From Eledone cirrhosa (lineage: Eukaryota): a stretch of DNA of 64,000 nucleotides. The translations under genes and the position numbers were made by a program. Shown here piece after piece: positions 43,182-56,946 of the stretch; position 1 is the first letter of the stretch, and each line of letters begins with the position of its first letter. Location: positions 41,106,001-41,170,000 of the forward strand of contig OZ024752.1 in assembly GCA_964016885.1 (NCBI GenBank), written 5' to 3'. The notes beneath the pieces are model-generated. The model saw nothing but the letters and a program-made list of their open reading frames with translations. It was not told the origin of the DNA and searched no databases.

Positions 43182-44218
43182 CATGGCTATACCAGTATCA
43201 ATGTGAGGGATTTGTTGTATGATTAAGAGTTCGCTGATGTGTTCAGCAGTGGATTTTAGTCTCATGCCAGCCCTCAAATCATGATAAGGCATTCGACGAG
43301 TTAATTAGGAAACTAGAGAAATTTCACGGGCGAACTACTTGAAGTTTGCCCCTTAGGAATTTCATGAATTAAGTAAGATGGGGGTGGAGTCAAAAGTCAG
43401 ATAAGAGGGAAATGGATGGGGATGGAGGAAGATACAAAGCTTAGTCAAAATATCTGTCATAACGACTCCTATATATTGATTTCTATTGATTTACATTGAT
43501 TCAGGTTTTCTCATCTGGCTCAACTCCAATTATGTTGTGAAGTGCTTATTAAATTATTAAATTCACTTTAGTTATATCACTCATCTTTATTCTATTGACC
43601 TTGACTAAAAGAAGAAGAAAAAAACAAACACAGAAAATCAAGTCGTTCGTCACACCTATGCAGGTTTAGCTGGCCTCCTCCATTGTATATCTCGTTGGAG
43701 GTGTCTTAGGTGATTTAATGATAGGGACTCCAGTATTATCATCTCATTTCTACAGCTGAGTAAACTGGAGCAACGCGAAATAAAGTGTCTTGCTCAAGGA
43801 AACAACACATCGCCAGGTCCGAGAATTGAACTCACAACCTTTCGATTGCAAGCCCAATGCTCTAACGATTAAGCCATGCGCCTGGCGTGTATTTAACTGA
43901 GAAACAGAAATCACACAATACCGTAAAATTGAGAGGTTGTTTAACGTTTGAGCCTCTCTTAGAATCATTAGCTATGCACGTGTTGAGACAGGATTAACTC
44001 TGTGAATTTACATGTGTTGTTGAGCAAGCTCATCTATTCAACTCTGGCTCAGCGATGCTTCCTACAAAGTTAAAAACAACAACAACAAAATAATGGTTTC
44101 TTATACTATAAGCACAAGGCCAACAACAACAAAATAATAATAATTGTTTCTACTTTTGGCACAAGGCCAGCTATTACCCCAGTGCATTGTTTTATATCCC
44201 CCTATCGTCTATAGTATA

Positions 44219-44424
44219 CAGGGTGTTTAAAAAACTAGAGATCATTTTTAATGTAAATATCCCAGAAACTACAAAATCTAGGACAAGACAGCAGGCGTAA
44301 TGTTGAACAACGTAAGATTTATTGCTCAAACTTTTTCAACACCATAACACTAATTCAGAATATATATTGGTAATTTCTGGGATATTTACAGTTCAAACAA
44401 TATCTATTTTTATAAAATACCCTG
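44219..44424. mobile_element. Tc1/mariner-type MITE
   Basis: TA|CAGGGTGTTT...AAATACCCTG|TA; long imperfect TIR including TGTAAATATCCCAGAAA/TTTCTGGGATATTTACA. Confidence 0.75.
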
Positions 44425-44894
44425 TATATACTTACCTCCAGTCGTTGGAGTGGAGAAATATTTTACACTGCATTTTCACTTTCCCCAAAATGGCAGTGTT
44501 TCATAATGTACCATTTATGCCCCTCGCCATACCACTATCCCTGGAGCACTCCCACACTTGCACGTCACTGAGAAATGTTTAATTTACTGGCAGGAAGGCT
44601 GCCAGTAAATTTGACATTTATGTCATGATGGCTGATGCTAAAATGAAAGAAAAAAAAAAGAGTTATATTAACCAACTTTATATCGCATCGCTTAAAGACA
44701 CACCGCAGAAATTACAGCTCGATGTTTTCAAAGACTCATCTCCCACCATCTCCCCTTACATTACAGCCACTTCCATTGCTAACATTAACACTATCTCTAT
44801 CAACATCATCATTGCCATTAATAATTATTTACAGTACAGGAATCACGGCTATTTGATAACTACAGCAATAGTAAAAAGATAGAGACAGGATTCA

Positions 44895-45475
44895 TAAATA
44901 TAATTGTTTCTACTTTTTGGCAAAAGGCCAGCAATAACCCCAGTGCATTACTGGTACTTTACTTTATCGACCCCGTAAGGATGAAAGGCAGAGTTATAAA
45001 TATAATAATTGTTTCTACTTTTTGGCACAAGGCCAGCAATAACCCCAGTGCATTACTGGTACTTTACTTTATCGACCCCGTAAGGATGAAAGGCAGAGTT
45101 ATAAATATAATAATTGTTTCTACTTTTTGGCACAAGGCCAGCAATTATCCCAGTGCATTACTGGTACTTTATTTTATCGACCCCCGTAAGGTTGAAAGGC
45201 AAAGTTAACCTCGGCGGGATTTGAACTCAGTCCGTAAAGGGACGTAACTGTGCTACAAAGGATGGCGTCCGACCCTCTACCGATGCTGCCAATCTACCGC
45301 CCTTCATAAAGTTATAAATATAATTGTTTCTACTTTTGGCACAAGGCCAGGAATTACCCAGTACATTACTGGTACTTTTTTTATCGACCCCGTAAGGATG
45401 AAAGGCAAAGTTAACCTCGACGGGATTTGAACTCAGACCGTAAAGGGACGTAACTATAAAGTTATAAATATAATA
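44895..45475 (-). mobile_element. SINE with tandemly reiterated 3' segments
   Basis: Repeated ~107-bp 3' units plus a full copy ending at ~45302 and a 5'-truncated copy. Confidence 0.8.
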
Positions 45476-45885
45476 ATACATATATATATGTGCTGTTTTT
45501 TTCACTCCTTCTTCCCTTTTCCCTTCTGTTATATATATTTTTTCTCTCTCCCCTTTTTCACCCCCAATAACTTCCTTTCGTTATTGACGCACTGGGGTTA
45601 GATATCTTGTCTTTCATGCATAGAAGTATCCATGGACTCCTGCAGGATTCCCATTCGTGCTTTCCTCTTAATTATAAGTACACCTTATCCACCAACTACA
45701 CAGGCCGTTTCTTCTTAAATATATATATATATATATAATATGTTGAGAAGGTAACACACCAGAGAGAGATATATAGTGCGTTAAAGGTATTTATTTACGC
45801 TTTAATTTATATTTTTAATTATCGTGTCTATAGTCTGCCTTTCATAGGTTATAGATTCCATACACTGGTGGTTTTTTTCCCTTGA

Positions 45886-46068
45886 ATTGGCAGTATCGAT
45901 AGAGGGTTGGATGCCATGCTTTGATGCATAGAGTTACGGCCCTTGCCATTCTGAGTTCAAATCCCGCCGAGGTTAACTTTGCCTTTCATCCTTACGGGGT
46001 CGATAAAATAAAGTACCAGTAATGCACTGGGTAATTGCTGGCCTTGTGCCAAAAGTAGAAACAATTAT
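45886..46068 (+). mobile_element. tRNA-derived SINE inside an inverted repeat (45733-45783 / 46072-46121)
   Basis: A/B boxes and core; flanking AATATGTTGAGAAGGTAACACACCAGAGAGAGATATATAGTGCGTT is inverted on the other side. Confidence 0.8.
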
Positions 46069-46206
46069 TGATAACGCACTATATATCTCTCTCTGGTGTG
46101 TTACCTTCTCAACATATTATATTTTAAAGGGCTCAGGATCTCTTCCCCTTTGAGCACATTATTTACAGGGAATAACGACGGTCTATGCCTCCGTTAATTT
46201 ATCGTG

Positions 46207-46288
<82 letters not shown>

Positions 46289-46392
46289 AGGAGGTGAGTT
46301 TTATTGTAGCACAATAAAGCAATGCAAATGATATGTTGATTTAAAACTTCACTGCTCACAAGTGTTTTTTAAACTTCATATCATGTCTCCCC

Positions 46393-46463
46393 ATTTTATC
46401 TGATGAGAACGCAGATATCATCCCATGATGATATTTGTGTTTTTGAAATGCGCATAATAAAAT
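46393..46463 (+). ncRNA. Type-I hammerhead ribozyme-like motif
   Basis: ATTTTAT CTGATGA [GCAGATATCATC ccat GATGATATTTGT] GAAA TGCGCA TA ATAAAAT; diverged copy of 16504-16572 that keeps the pairing. Confidence 0.75.
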
Positions 46464-46494
46464 ACTTGGAACTCTTTTAACCATCTTTTGATCT

Positions 46495-46546
<52 letters not shown>

Positions 46547-46642
46547 GTCTGTCTGTGTGCGTGTGTCCACGTGACCGCACATGATGTCTGTAAACATTCA
46601 AATGTTTATTATTATCTCCAGTAAGGAAGGGCGGCGGGTTGG

Positions 46643-46712
<70 letters not shown>

Positions 46713-46714
46713 CA

Positions 46715-47020
46715 TTGTCAACTCTGGATGTCGGTGAGCATGTCCAACCAACCTCAGTCTCTCTGTGTCACTTTTGAGCTGACTTTTGGGATGCTCCCAT
46801 ACAGCTCTGAGTTTTTCATCCTCAGTGTATACTGATTAAAGTTCAGAGCCATCCTAGAAGAGCCATCCTAGAAGAGGAGGACCAAGGTTAACGTATGTTG
46901 ATGCCCTAAGGACAGACACTGGTCTGTTGGAGACGCAGGACATGGCAGCGATAATGAGGGACAGAGACCGCTGGAGAGAACTCGTCCATGGATCTCGGGA
47001 ATTTTACCCGCCTTAGATAG
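46715..47020. mobile_element. RTE-clade LINE fragment with inversion
   Basis: 46715-46855 minus and 46870-47015 plus, both homologous to 18365-18842. Confidence 0.75.
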
Positions 47021-47272
47021 ATAGATATATACATTTAAAAATATGTATATATAATATATATAAACAGGTGAATATTCCTTAACACAATTACTTTGGCAAA
47101 TGAACACAACCACAAGGATATGGTCCGAACGTGGAAGAGCCGAACTCCCACTGGCATCACCTCCCTCTCTCTCGCCCTCCCCATCTCTCTGTATGGTGAG
47201 CAAATGGGTTGACTGCGGAGGCCAGCTTCGATACTCCGGTCATGCGAGTCATGCACTTAAGATTCTAACATT

Positions 47273-47968
47273 TTGGCAGTATCGGTAGAGGGTTGGACGC
47301 CATGCTTTGATGCATAGAGTTACGGCCCTTGCCATTCTGAGTTCAAATCCCGCCTAGGTTAACTTTGTCTTTCATCCTTACGGGGTCGATAAAATAAAGT
47401 ACCAGTAATGCACTGGGATAATTGCTGGCCTTGTGCCAAAAGTAGAAGCAATTATTTATTCAAGGTTAACTTTGCCTTTCATCCTTACGGGGTCGATAAA
47501 ATAAAGTACCAGTAATGCACTGGGATAATTGCTGGCCTTGTGCCAAAAGTAGAAGCAATTATTTATTCAAGGTTAACTTTGCCTTTCATCCTTACGGGGT
47601 CGATAAAATAAAGTACCAGTAATGCACTGGGATAATTGCTGGCCTTGTGCCAAAAGTAGAAGCAATTATTTATTCAAGGTTAACTTTGCCTTTCATCCTT
47701 ACGGGGGTCGATAAAATAAAGTACCAGTAATACACTGGGGTAATTGCTGGCCTTGTGCCAAAAGTAGAAACAATTAATCATATGTGGATTGGTAGTATGA
47801 GTAGAGGGTCGGACGCCATTCTTTCTAGCATAGAGTTACGTCCCTTTACGGACTGAGTTCAAATCTCTCCAAGGTTAACTTTGTCCTTCACGCTACGGAG
47901 TCGATAAAATAAAGTACCAGTAATGCACTGGGATAATTGCTGGCCTTGTGCCAAAAGTAGAAACAATT
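47273..47968 (+). mobile_element. SINE, three tandem 3' duplications and a second SINE
   Basis: Repeated ~107-bp unit AAGGTTAACTTTGCCTTTCATCC...AAGTAGAAGCAATTATTTATTC. Confidence 0.85.
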
Positions 47969-48456
47969 AATGAAGTTTCTCAGCAATTAGTAACACCACC
48001 GTCTCATTTGTAATTAGTGATGTTGGTGCATTGGTGCATTGGTGCATTCGTGCATTGGTTTAAACTAGAAAGCGTTAGTTGTAGAAATGGCTTATTCAGT
48101 GTCACTCGACACTATTAGTATATTTGATATGAGATTTCCTAGATTAGTAAATTGTCCTCAGATTTATAATTGAAGTGCGGTAGTGGCAGAGAGAAAGAAT
48201 TAAGTAATGTGACATTCACGTCTGAAGGTTACCTGCCGGGTCACTTATATGGAGTAATACAAAAATAGTTTCAACCGAGACACACGTGATTGTCTCTAGG
48301 CAGTAGCTCAACCAGCTAGAGATAACAACCAAATCCTACACAAATTACACTTTACCAAATTAAAAATGGAGCAAAACAAACGATTTGATACCTGTAATTA
48401 TGGAAAATTGTCAAATGTAGAATTAAGGATATTCTATATTTTCTATCGAGGTTGAC

Positions 48457-48517
<61 letters not shown>

Positions 48518-48592
48518 GTTATTCCGGGTTGAATCGGAGGTAACCACAGTAAGTAAGGTACTCAATACATTGCAGAGTATAAAAGTTTTAAT

Positions 48593-48641
48593 GATTCCTG
48601 ATGATTTCTAAAGAATGAAACAGTTCTAGTCCTGTAGAATC
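48593..48641 (+). ncRNA. Type-I hammerhead ribozyme-like motif
   Basis: GATTC CTGATGA tTTCtaaaGAAt GAAA CAGttctagtcCTG TA GAATC. Confidence 0.75.
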
Positions 48642-48924
48642 TCATCTATATTATATATATATATATATAACAAAGAAAGTGTGGTAAGGAACCAGGTGGA
48701 CCATAACGCACCAGAGTACTCGATACTTAGGGTTGTAGAGTTCAGAACTAGCTGTGGAAACGGCCGGAACTCAGCCGTCGGGGTCCTGACTCTTCTCATA
48801 TATATATATATATATATACACTTATTTATATTATTTATATCTAGTTTATTATTATCACTACTGTTACTACTACTATTAGTATCATTAAGAAATCATTATT
48901 ATTATTATTATTATTATTATTTTA

Positions 48925-49337
48925 TTATTGTTCTTTGAGTCTCAGTCATTGATGTTATTTAACTGGAAAGTTTGTTGAAATGAATATCAAGCCACTACCT
49001 GCAGCCTCAGATATTCAGGACGTATCGGAGGGTTCTTGCTGTTCCCAGCAAGCATGCCTTTTGAAGCGTTCCAAAAAGCGTGGCGGGGCCAATTTTCTTT
49101 AACCATCCCTGGAAACTTTTTGAGATAGTACCTAGTGTTCCTATGACAATCGGGACGACTCTGACTTCATGGCAGTTCCAAATCCTTTTTACCTCCCACT
49201 TTAAGCCCCGGTATCGGTTAATTTTCTCCCTCTCCTTCTCTTGCACTCTCGTGTCGAATGGGCAGGCCACATCCACAATCAGGCACGATCTTTTTTCCTT
49301 GTCCAAAACTACCAGGTCAGGCCTATTGTGTTCCAGT
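48925..49337 (-). mobile_element. R4/Dong-clade non-LTR retrotransposon 3' end (restriction-like endonuclease)
   Basis: RPDLVV.DKEKRSCLIVDVACPFD...EKINRY..L....VVPIVIGTLG...LQKACLLGTARTLRYVL; (TAA)n on both sides on the minus strand. Confidence 0.8.
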
Positions 49338-49363
49338 TTCTTCTTCTTCTTCTTCTTCTTCTT

Positions 49364-49531
<168 letters not shown>

Positions 49532-49532
49532 T

Positions 49533-49990
49533 GGCGGTTTTTCTGTGCGTAATAGCCATGTTGAAAGAGGTTGTTTGGTGGACACGATTGAAAGGTCTGA
49601 GGTCAGGCAACTTCCTCTCTGGCCATAGTCTGGTCTACTTCTTCCGATATCACTTCGGAAGAAGGATAAGAATGGAGAGAGAGGTGCTTGGCCACAGCCA
49701 GTTTTATGAAAGGTGAGTGATAGTGGCGAGAATGGCTCGTGTAAATGGGCCTTCTCTGTATACCATCCTGTAGGTAAAGAAGTAAAGGAGAGAGGAGCAC
49801 CTTCTCCATGTGCTCCCTGGGCAAAGGATTGCACACTTTTTCGGGGGTGTGTGCAACCCCCATCACGTCCCCTCCCTTTTGAGGTTGTTTTTGATTATTT
49901 TCATTTTATACCCTTTTTACTCGGTTTTATGTAAACTCCCCCTTTGTATTTGTCCCTTCTTTTTATGCCTTTATGGTAAATAAAGAAATC
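49533..49990 (+). mobile_element. Tx1/L1-clade LINE 3' fragment in (CTAT)n
   Basis: Near-identical to 54274-54730; CTAT repeats on both sides. Confidence 0.8.
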
Positions 49991-50974
49991 TATCTATCTA
50001 TCTATCTATCTATATAAATAAAGAAATTTATCTATCTATATATATATATATATATATATATATTTCTATTTCTATTTCTATCTCTCTTTCAGTTTACCTA
50101 ACATCATCACAAGATACCTTATGATCCTATTATATATCACTTCTATTTTCTGTTTGTAGCAATTAAAGGGTCAACGTTCTACTATGAAGAATTCACAACA
50201 TAATTCCATGTTTTCTTCAATTCATATCTTTTTTTTTTTTCTTCCCTCTTTGCAATTCATTTTCTCTTTCATTCTGTCTGTCTAATCTCCCCTTTCTTTC
50301 TCTCAATATTTCCTAAACTGTGATACTCTCTCTCTCGATCTCTCTCTCGCTCTCTCTCTCGCTCTCTCTCACTCACTCACTCTTTCTATTTTATTCCAAG
50401 TCATCATATTCTTTTTTTTTTTTTTCAAATAAAATTTGAGAAAACCTAATATAATAATTTTTTTATTTTAATTTGCTCTTTTCGTTCTTTTGATTTTATA
50501 TTTTATATCACTGCATTTACATTATTTTTTTTTTTTATTATTATTATTATTACTATTATTATTATTATTTCTTCATCTTCCCACCCTCTCCTCCTCTTTT
50601 CTTCTCTTCAGTTTCTTTTGATTTTTTTTTCAAAATATTTGATTTGTATTGAGCTCGTTAGCTCAAAAGATCTCATTACTGAGCGTACGTGTTCATTTGT
50701 TGAACACATAAAACAGGAAGTTAAACACATCAATATCAGTCGATTACTGATAACGTTATTTTATGACAAGTAGTCATAATTTTTTTCTCTCTTTATTCCT
50801 GCTTTCCTTGTCTGTAGTCCTTTTTTTTTTTTTTTTTTTGTAGAAATATTATGATTAAGTTCGTTTGTCCAACGAAGTATTTATGAAACGGCTTCATTTT
50901 TTTTTTTTTTTTTTTTTTTGTGGTGCGACCAATCCTATTCTCCTTATTACTACCTAATCTGACCGGATCAATCC

Positions 50975-51445
50975 GGCAGTGGATCCACCGTGGACTCTTT
51001 CGGCCTCCACCCGCTTTCCTGTCGCCACAGTACCGGCCGTCTTCCATGCCATGCTGCCCTCAACGAGGTCATAAAGCATGGCTTGGACGCTGCAGGCTTC
51101 CCCCTCCCAGCTCGAGCCGGTGGGGTTGGACCAGGAGGATGGCAAAAAAACAGACGGCATGATCATCTTCCCGTTCCGCGGTGGCAAACCCCTCGTCTGG
51201 GATGCCACTTGCACCGAGACTTTCTCCAGCCGCAACCGTGTGCAGTCTGCGACTAACCCAGGTTCTGCTACACGTTGGGCTGAGGAGGTAAAACTCTCCA
51301 AGTACCGGTCGCTCTCCGATAGGTTCGTGGTCGTGCCCTTGGCAGTGGAAACTTCTGGTGTCCTTGGCCCTAGGGCTGCCTCCCTACTCACCACTGTAGG
51401 CGCTGAGCTGGCCAGCCGCACGTGTGAGCCTCGCGTCAGTAAATT
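50975..51445 (+). mobile_element. CRE-like non-LTR retrotransposon fragment (zinc knuckle plus RLE endonuclease, frameshifted)
   Basis: FGLHPLSCRHSTGRLPCHAALNEVIK...EPVGL..DGKKTDG...PFRGGKPLVWDATC...EEVKLSKY...VPLAVETSGVLG. Confidence 0.75.
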
Positions 51446-52009
51446 TGTGCAATAATTGCATACATTTATATACATTTGTAAATATATGTATTCTTATAAA
51501 ATGAAGGCGCTTGGCCTAGTATCTATTGTTATGATGGATAAACTCGTCGTCGTCCGCCTGTGATCACGAACGTGATATAATCCTCTCTGTATTTCTGGAT
51601 TGGAAGAAGTTACCACGGTATCATTTGTTTAACAACCAGCAATTACTCAGTACATTACTAGTACTTTATTTCATCAACCCCGTAAGGATGAAAGGCAACG
51701 TTAACCTCGACGGGATTTGAATTCAGACCGTAACAGGACGTAACTATGCTAGAAAGCATGGCGTCCAACCCTCTACCGATACTGCATTGGTTTTGTTTGC
51801 AAGCAAACAGCCTCATTAATATGTGTTTTCTAGGTGACTGCCTCATCTTTTTGTTCCAGCCGTAGCTGAGAGAAACAAATTTATAAAAGAGCTTTTCATT
51901 TTATATATTAAAATGTTCTCTTCTTGTGTTGCGGTCATTTTTTTTTTAATGAACGACACATTAAGTATTTATAACTATCGGCTGTAATAAAAATTAGCAA
52001 ACAAATATA

Positions 52010-52058
52010 ATGGCGAGAAAAGACGAGAAAAGGCGAGACGGCAGTTGTAGTTGGGGAA
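52010..52058 (+). CDS. Candidate short first coding exon (MARKDEKRRDGSCSWG, phase 1), possibly ChAT exon 1
   Basis: ATG in ATAATGG context; donor GAA|GTAAGT at 52059; TATAAAAG at 51882; non-repetitive island 5.5 kb upstream of VAChT; no homology verified. Confidence 0.25.
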
Positions 52059-52470
52059 GTAAGTTGTTACGGAACTAGAAGATGGGAGAGACGTCAAGAG
52101 GAATTAAACGCTGCACTAACTAAACAAAGGAAAAAAGAAACGACAACAACAACAGCACCAGCATGATGATAATAATATTAAACTATTAAGTTAACAAAGA
52201 TATATTGAATTTCTAAATGATTCGGGTCACTGTGGAGAGTACTAAAGCCGGGAAAATGACAGCTCCTTTCAATATTTAATGAAGTTTCAGGCAAAACGAT
52301 GAACGACGAGGGAAACACATATTTAAGGATTTCTAATAACAGTTGATTCAATAAACATGGTGACATCTTGGACACATAAATCACATCTCTTCCATCAAAT
52401 ATTATAGTAATATTCTCCTTACATCGTGCATAAAGATTAGACTGCATATATATATATATAGATATGTATA

Positions 52471-52529
<59 letters not shown>

Positions 52530-52564
52530 GTATATATATATATATATATAAATATATACATGTA

Positions 52565-52623
<59 letters not shown>

Positions 52624-52626
52624 CAC

Positions 52627-52665
<39 letters not shown>

Positions 52666-52674
52666 TATCACATG

Positions 52675-52812
<138 letters not shown>

Positions 52813-52919
52813 CATGTATATATATATATATATATACATACATACATAGTAATATATAGTAATATTCTACTTACATCGTGCATAACGATTAGACTGCATA
52901 TATATATATACACACACAC

Positions 52920-52952
<33 letters not shown>

Positions 52953-52953
52953 A

Positions 52954-53065
<112 letters not shown>

Positions 53066-53128
53066 GCATATATATATATATACATAAATGTATATATATA
53101 TACATACATACATACATACATACATACA

Positions 53129-53187
<59 letters not shown>

Positions 53188-53318
53188 GTATATATACAGA
53201 GAGAGAGAGGGGAGAAAGAAGGAGGAAAGAGAGACCTACATATATATGTTTGTGTGTGTGTGTGTGCATATATGTGTATGTATATCAAAATGCACATGTT
53301 ATATTATATATATATATT

Positions 53319-53394
<76 letters not shown>

Positions 53395-54051
53395 GAATAG
53401 ATAGGTACATGATTTTGCCCTATGATTCACTGGATCTCCAGCAATTTATACAAAGAAACTTGCGCCCGCGAATAGGTATGTATGCATGTATATACGTTTG
53501 TATGTATGTATCTATATATTTATTTATCTACCAAGGTTTCTTGGTAAGGAGGGTGACTTTGAACATCCTGCAGGACTAAAAACAAAACCTGTCAAAGGGC
53601 AAAGGAGCTCTTAAGAGTCAATGGCCTTCCAAAATCACCGGGAGAGATGACCCCTTAGCCTTTGTCAAGGCAGAATTCTAGGAGAAGGAAAACTCTGATA
53701 TAACACCTGCAACCCTGATGGTATCCAATGATGTTGACTTGTTCTTCGTTTTGGTAAATATCATCTTGGTTAAGAGAGTGGGACTGGCTTTGTGCAGTGC
53801 CTTTGCTCACTATAAAAGCTTCACGGCACAGGCATTGCTTTATATCTGGAGATCTCTCTGCACTTGTCGTCACATGGTACCATGGGCCCAGCACTATGTG
53901 TCAATAATTGTCACAAGTGTAGTGTTTGTACCAGAGTTTTCAAGTCGCTGGCTGGACTAAAAAGTTACACTCGTTCAGCGCATCGGTGGGGTTTCTCCTA
54001 CATGGATCTAAAGTAGTGGCCGTACTCGAAAACGAGTTGGCAGCCACCATG

Positions 54052-54097
<46 letters not shown>

Positions 54098-54098
<1 letters not shown>

Positions 54099-54730
54099 GC
54101 CCTAGATGCGTGCGTCACGAAGAAACCGTGGCGCACGCATTGGTGCAATGTCCGGGCGTGGCTGATCTGTGGGGCTACGCCGAACAACTGCTGTCGCGGG
54201 TGGCGCCGATTAAATTGACCGCCGAGTCCGTGATGACAATCAAACCGCCTCCCCTCTTCACAAAGGAAGCAAAGGCGGTTTTTCTGTGCGTAATAGCCAT
54301 GTTGAAAGAGGTTGTTTGGTGGACACGATTGAAAGGTCTGAGGTCAGGCAACTTCCTCTCTGGCCATAGTCTGGTCTACTTCTTCCGATATCACTTCGGA
54401 AGAAGGATAAGAATGGAGAGAGAGGTGCTTGGCCACAGGCAGTTTTATGAAAGGTGGGTGATAGTGGCGAGAATGGCTCGTGTAAATGGGCCTTCTCTGT
54501 ATACCATCCTGTAGGTAAAGAAGTAAAGGAGAGGGGAGCACCTTCTCCATGTGCTCCCCGGGCAAAGGATTGCACACTTTTTCGGGGGTGTGTGCAACCC
54601 CCATCACGTCCCCTCCCTTTTGAGGTTATTTTCGATTATTTTCATGTTACACCCTTTTTACTCGATTATATGTAAACTCCCCCTTTGTATTTGTCCCTTC
54701 TTTTTATGCCTTTATGGTAAATAAAGAAAT
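54098..54730 (+). mobile_element. Tx1/L1-clade LINE 3' end with zinc-binding (zf-RVT-like) domain, in (CTAT)n
   Basis: CPRCVRHEETVAHALVQCP...LW...VWWTR...RIRMERE..FYERW; AATAAA before the CTAT tract. Confidence 0.8.
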
Positions 54731-54736
54731 CTATCG

Positions 54737-54773
<37 letters not shown>

Positions 54774-54905
54774 GATATCTAGATATCTACCTATTTATCT
54801 ATCTACCTGTCTGTCTATCTATTTAACTATCTATGTATGTATATATCTTTACATTGTAAATATATTAAATTGTATATTTTGTATATATATATTATATATG
54901 ATATG

Positions 54906-54936
<31 letters not shown>

Positions 54937-54975
54937 GCTATATATATTGTATATATATTAAATGATATATATTGT

Positions 54976-55040
<65 letters not shown>

Positions 55041-55479
55041 GGCATATTGAAAGAAGGATTATTGCTAGAATTTCTTGTAACACACGTAAAATGCTAGAAA
55101 CCACGTGATGTTGTAGACGAATATATACACAAACTAAGGTACATTGCATTGTATAAACAGAAACTAAATATATTTCGTTGTGTCAACTTCTTATCTGGAT
55201 ATTTCCTTTCATATACCGAAGGGGCCAACCCCACTTGCTCACCATACAGAGAGATGGGGAGGGCGAGAGAGATGGAGGTGATGACAATGGGAGTTCGGCT
55301 CTTCCACGTTCGGTATATATCCCTGTGATTGTGTTCATTTTCCCCATTCTGTCGTTATCTGTAACTTCCAGAACTAATCATTGTTATATTAAACAGTCTT
55401 GATCGTGTAGGTTTATGATCAACAGCATTCCATCCATGGTTATCCATCCATTTTTTGTTTTACTTACAATAATTTTTAC

Positions 55480-56240
55480 TTACAATAATCTACTTTGTGG
55501 CGCAAGGCCAGCAATTATCCCAGTGCATTACTGGTACTTTATTTTACCGACCCCGTAAGGATGAAAGACAAAGTTAACCTCGGCGGGATTTTAACTCAGA
55601 TCGCAAAGGGACGTAACTCTATGCTGCAAAGCATGGCGTCTGACCCTCCACCGATACTGCCAATCCACCACCTCTTTTTTTACTTACAATAATTGTTTCT
55701 ACTTTAGGCACAAGGCCAGCAATTACCCAGTTCATTACTGGTACTTTATTTTATCGACCCCGTAAGGATGAAAGGCAAAGTCAACCTGGGCGGGATTTGA
55801 ACTCAGATCGTAAAGGGACGTAACTATGCTGGAAAGCATGGCGTCCGACCCTCTACTGATACTGCCAATCCACCGCCTATGGTGGATTGGCAGTATCGGT
55901 AGAGGGTCTTACAATAATATCTTACAATAATATCTTTTGATTTGTTCTTCCTGTATCTTCCAAGACGACATCTGAGGTTAGATGGCTGCTATATCTAATA
56001 GGCCGAGGTATCAGCATGAGGAAACATTATTATGACGTGGACAGGGCGGTGGATTGGCAGTATCGGTAGAGGGTCGGATGCCATGCTTTGCAGCATAGAG
56101 TTACGGCCCTTTATGATCTGAGTTCAAATCCCGCCGGAGTCAACTTTTGCCTTTCATCCTTACGGGGGTCGATAAAATAAAGTACCAGTAATGCACTGGG
56201 ATAATTGCTGGCCTTGTGCCAAAAGTAGAAATAATTATTA
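55480..56240. mobile_element. Cluster of SINEs in both orientations upstream of VAChT
   Basis: Minus copies 55490-55670 and 55690-55877; head-to-head hairpin 55847-55908; plus copy 56045-56238. Confidence 0.85.
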
Positions 56241-56677
56241 TAACGTGGACATAACAATCAGTTTTATTAACCTCAACCCCATAAAGTATTAAAAGACATA
56301 TTTGACTAATAACCACATTCCCCGAGTGAGAGTTTAAATTACTGATTCAATAAAAATTGCTCTATCTTTATATCAATAGGGGTTTTAAGTGTCGTTTGAT
56401 ATTTCTAGTAAATATTTTTTATGAATTATTTCACGTCGATTCAATTTATTAGCAAATTATATAATATTTAGATTTAGGTGAATTTTATTCGTTCTTTCTG
56501 TATATATTTGTTGGGGTTCATTTTAACAGGTGTTTTTTCAGAACGCTATGTCGGCTGCTAGTACCTTCTCTATCATTTCTATTTTTATGGACTTTTTATT
56601 CTTCAGGTAAAATTCATAGCACATAATTTATGACTGCCATTTTACAACACTATACAAAATAATAACAATAAAAAAAT

Positions 56678-56753
<76 letters not shown>

Positions 56754-56853
56754 GTAATAATAGTAATAATAATAATAATAATAACAATAATAACAATCAT
56801 AAAAATAATATCACATTAACTACTTTAACAATCTCGTTTCTTCTGCTCTTCAG

Positions 56854-56946
56854 GGGGTCCGGGACACATTGAGAGTGACCTTGCTGCAACTGATCTAATA
56901 ACGGGACCCCTGATTGGCTGAAGAAAACGAGGATGGTAGCCACTCG
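56854..56946 (+). other. Candidate non-coding exon or promoter-proximal island upstream of VAChT
   Basis: Acceptor TTTCTTCTGCTCTTCAG|G; tandem donors G|GTGAGT (56947) and GTAAGT (56951); stops in all three frames; reverse CCAAT box CTGATTGGCT at 56910-56919. Confidence 0.4.

Noticed and set aside
43183-43620. Possible degenerate RT fragment on the minus strand
   Set aside because: Only vague motif resemblance with many stops; cannot be supported without an alignment
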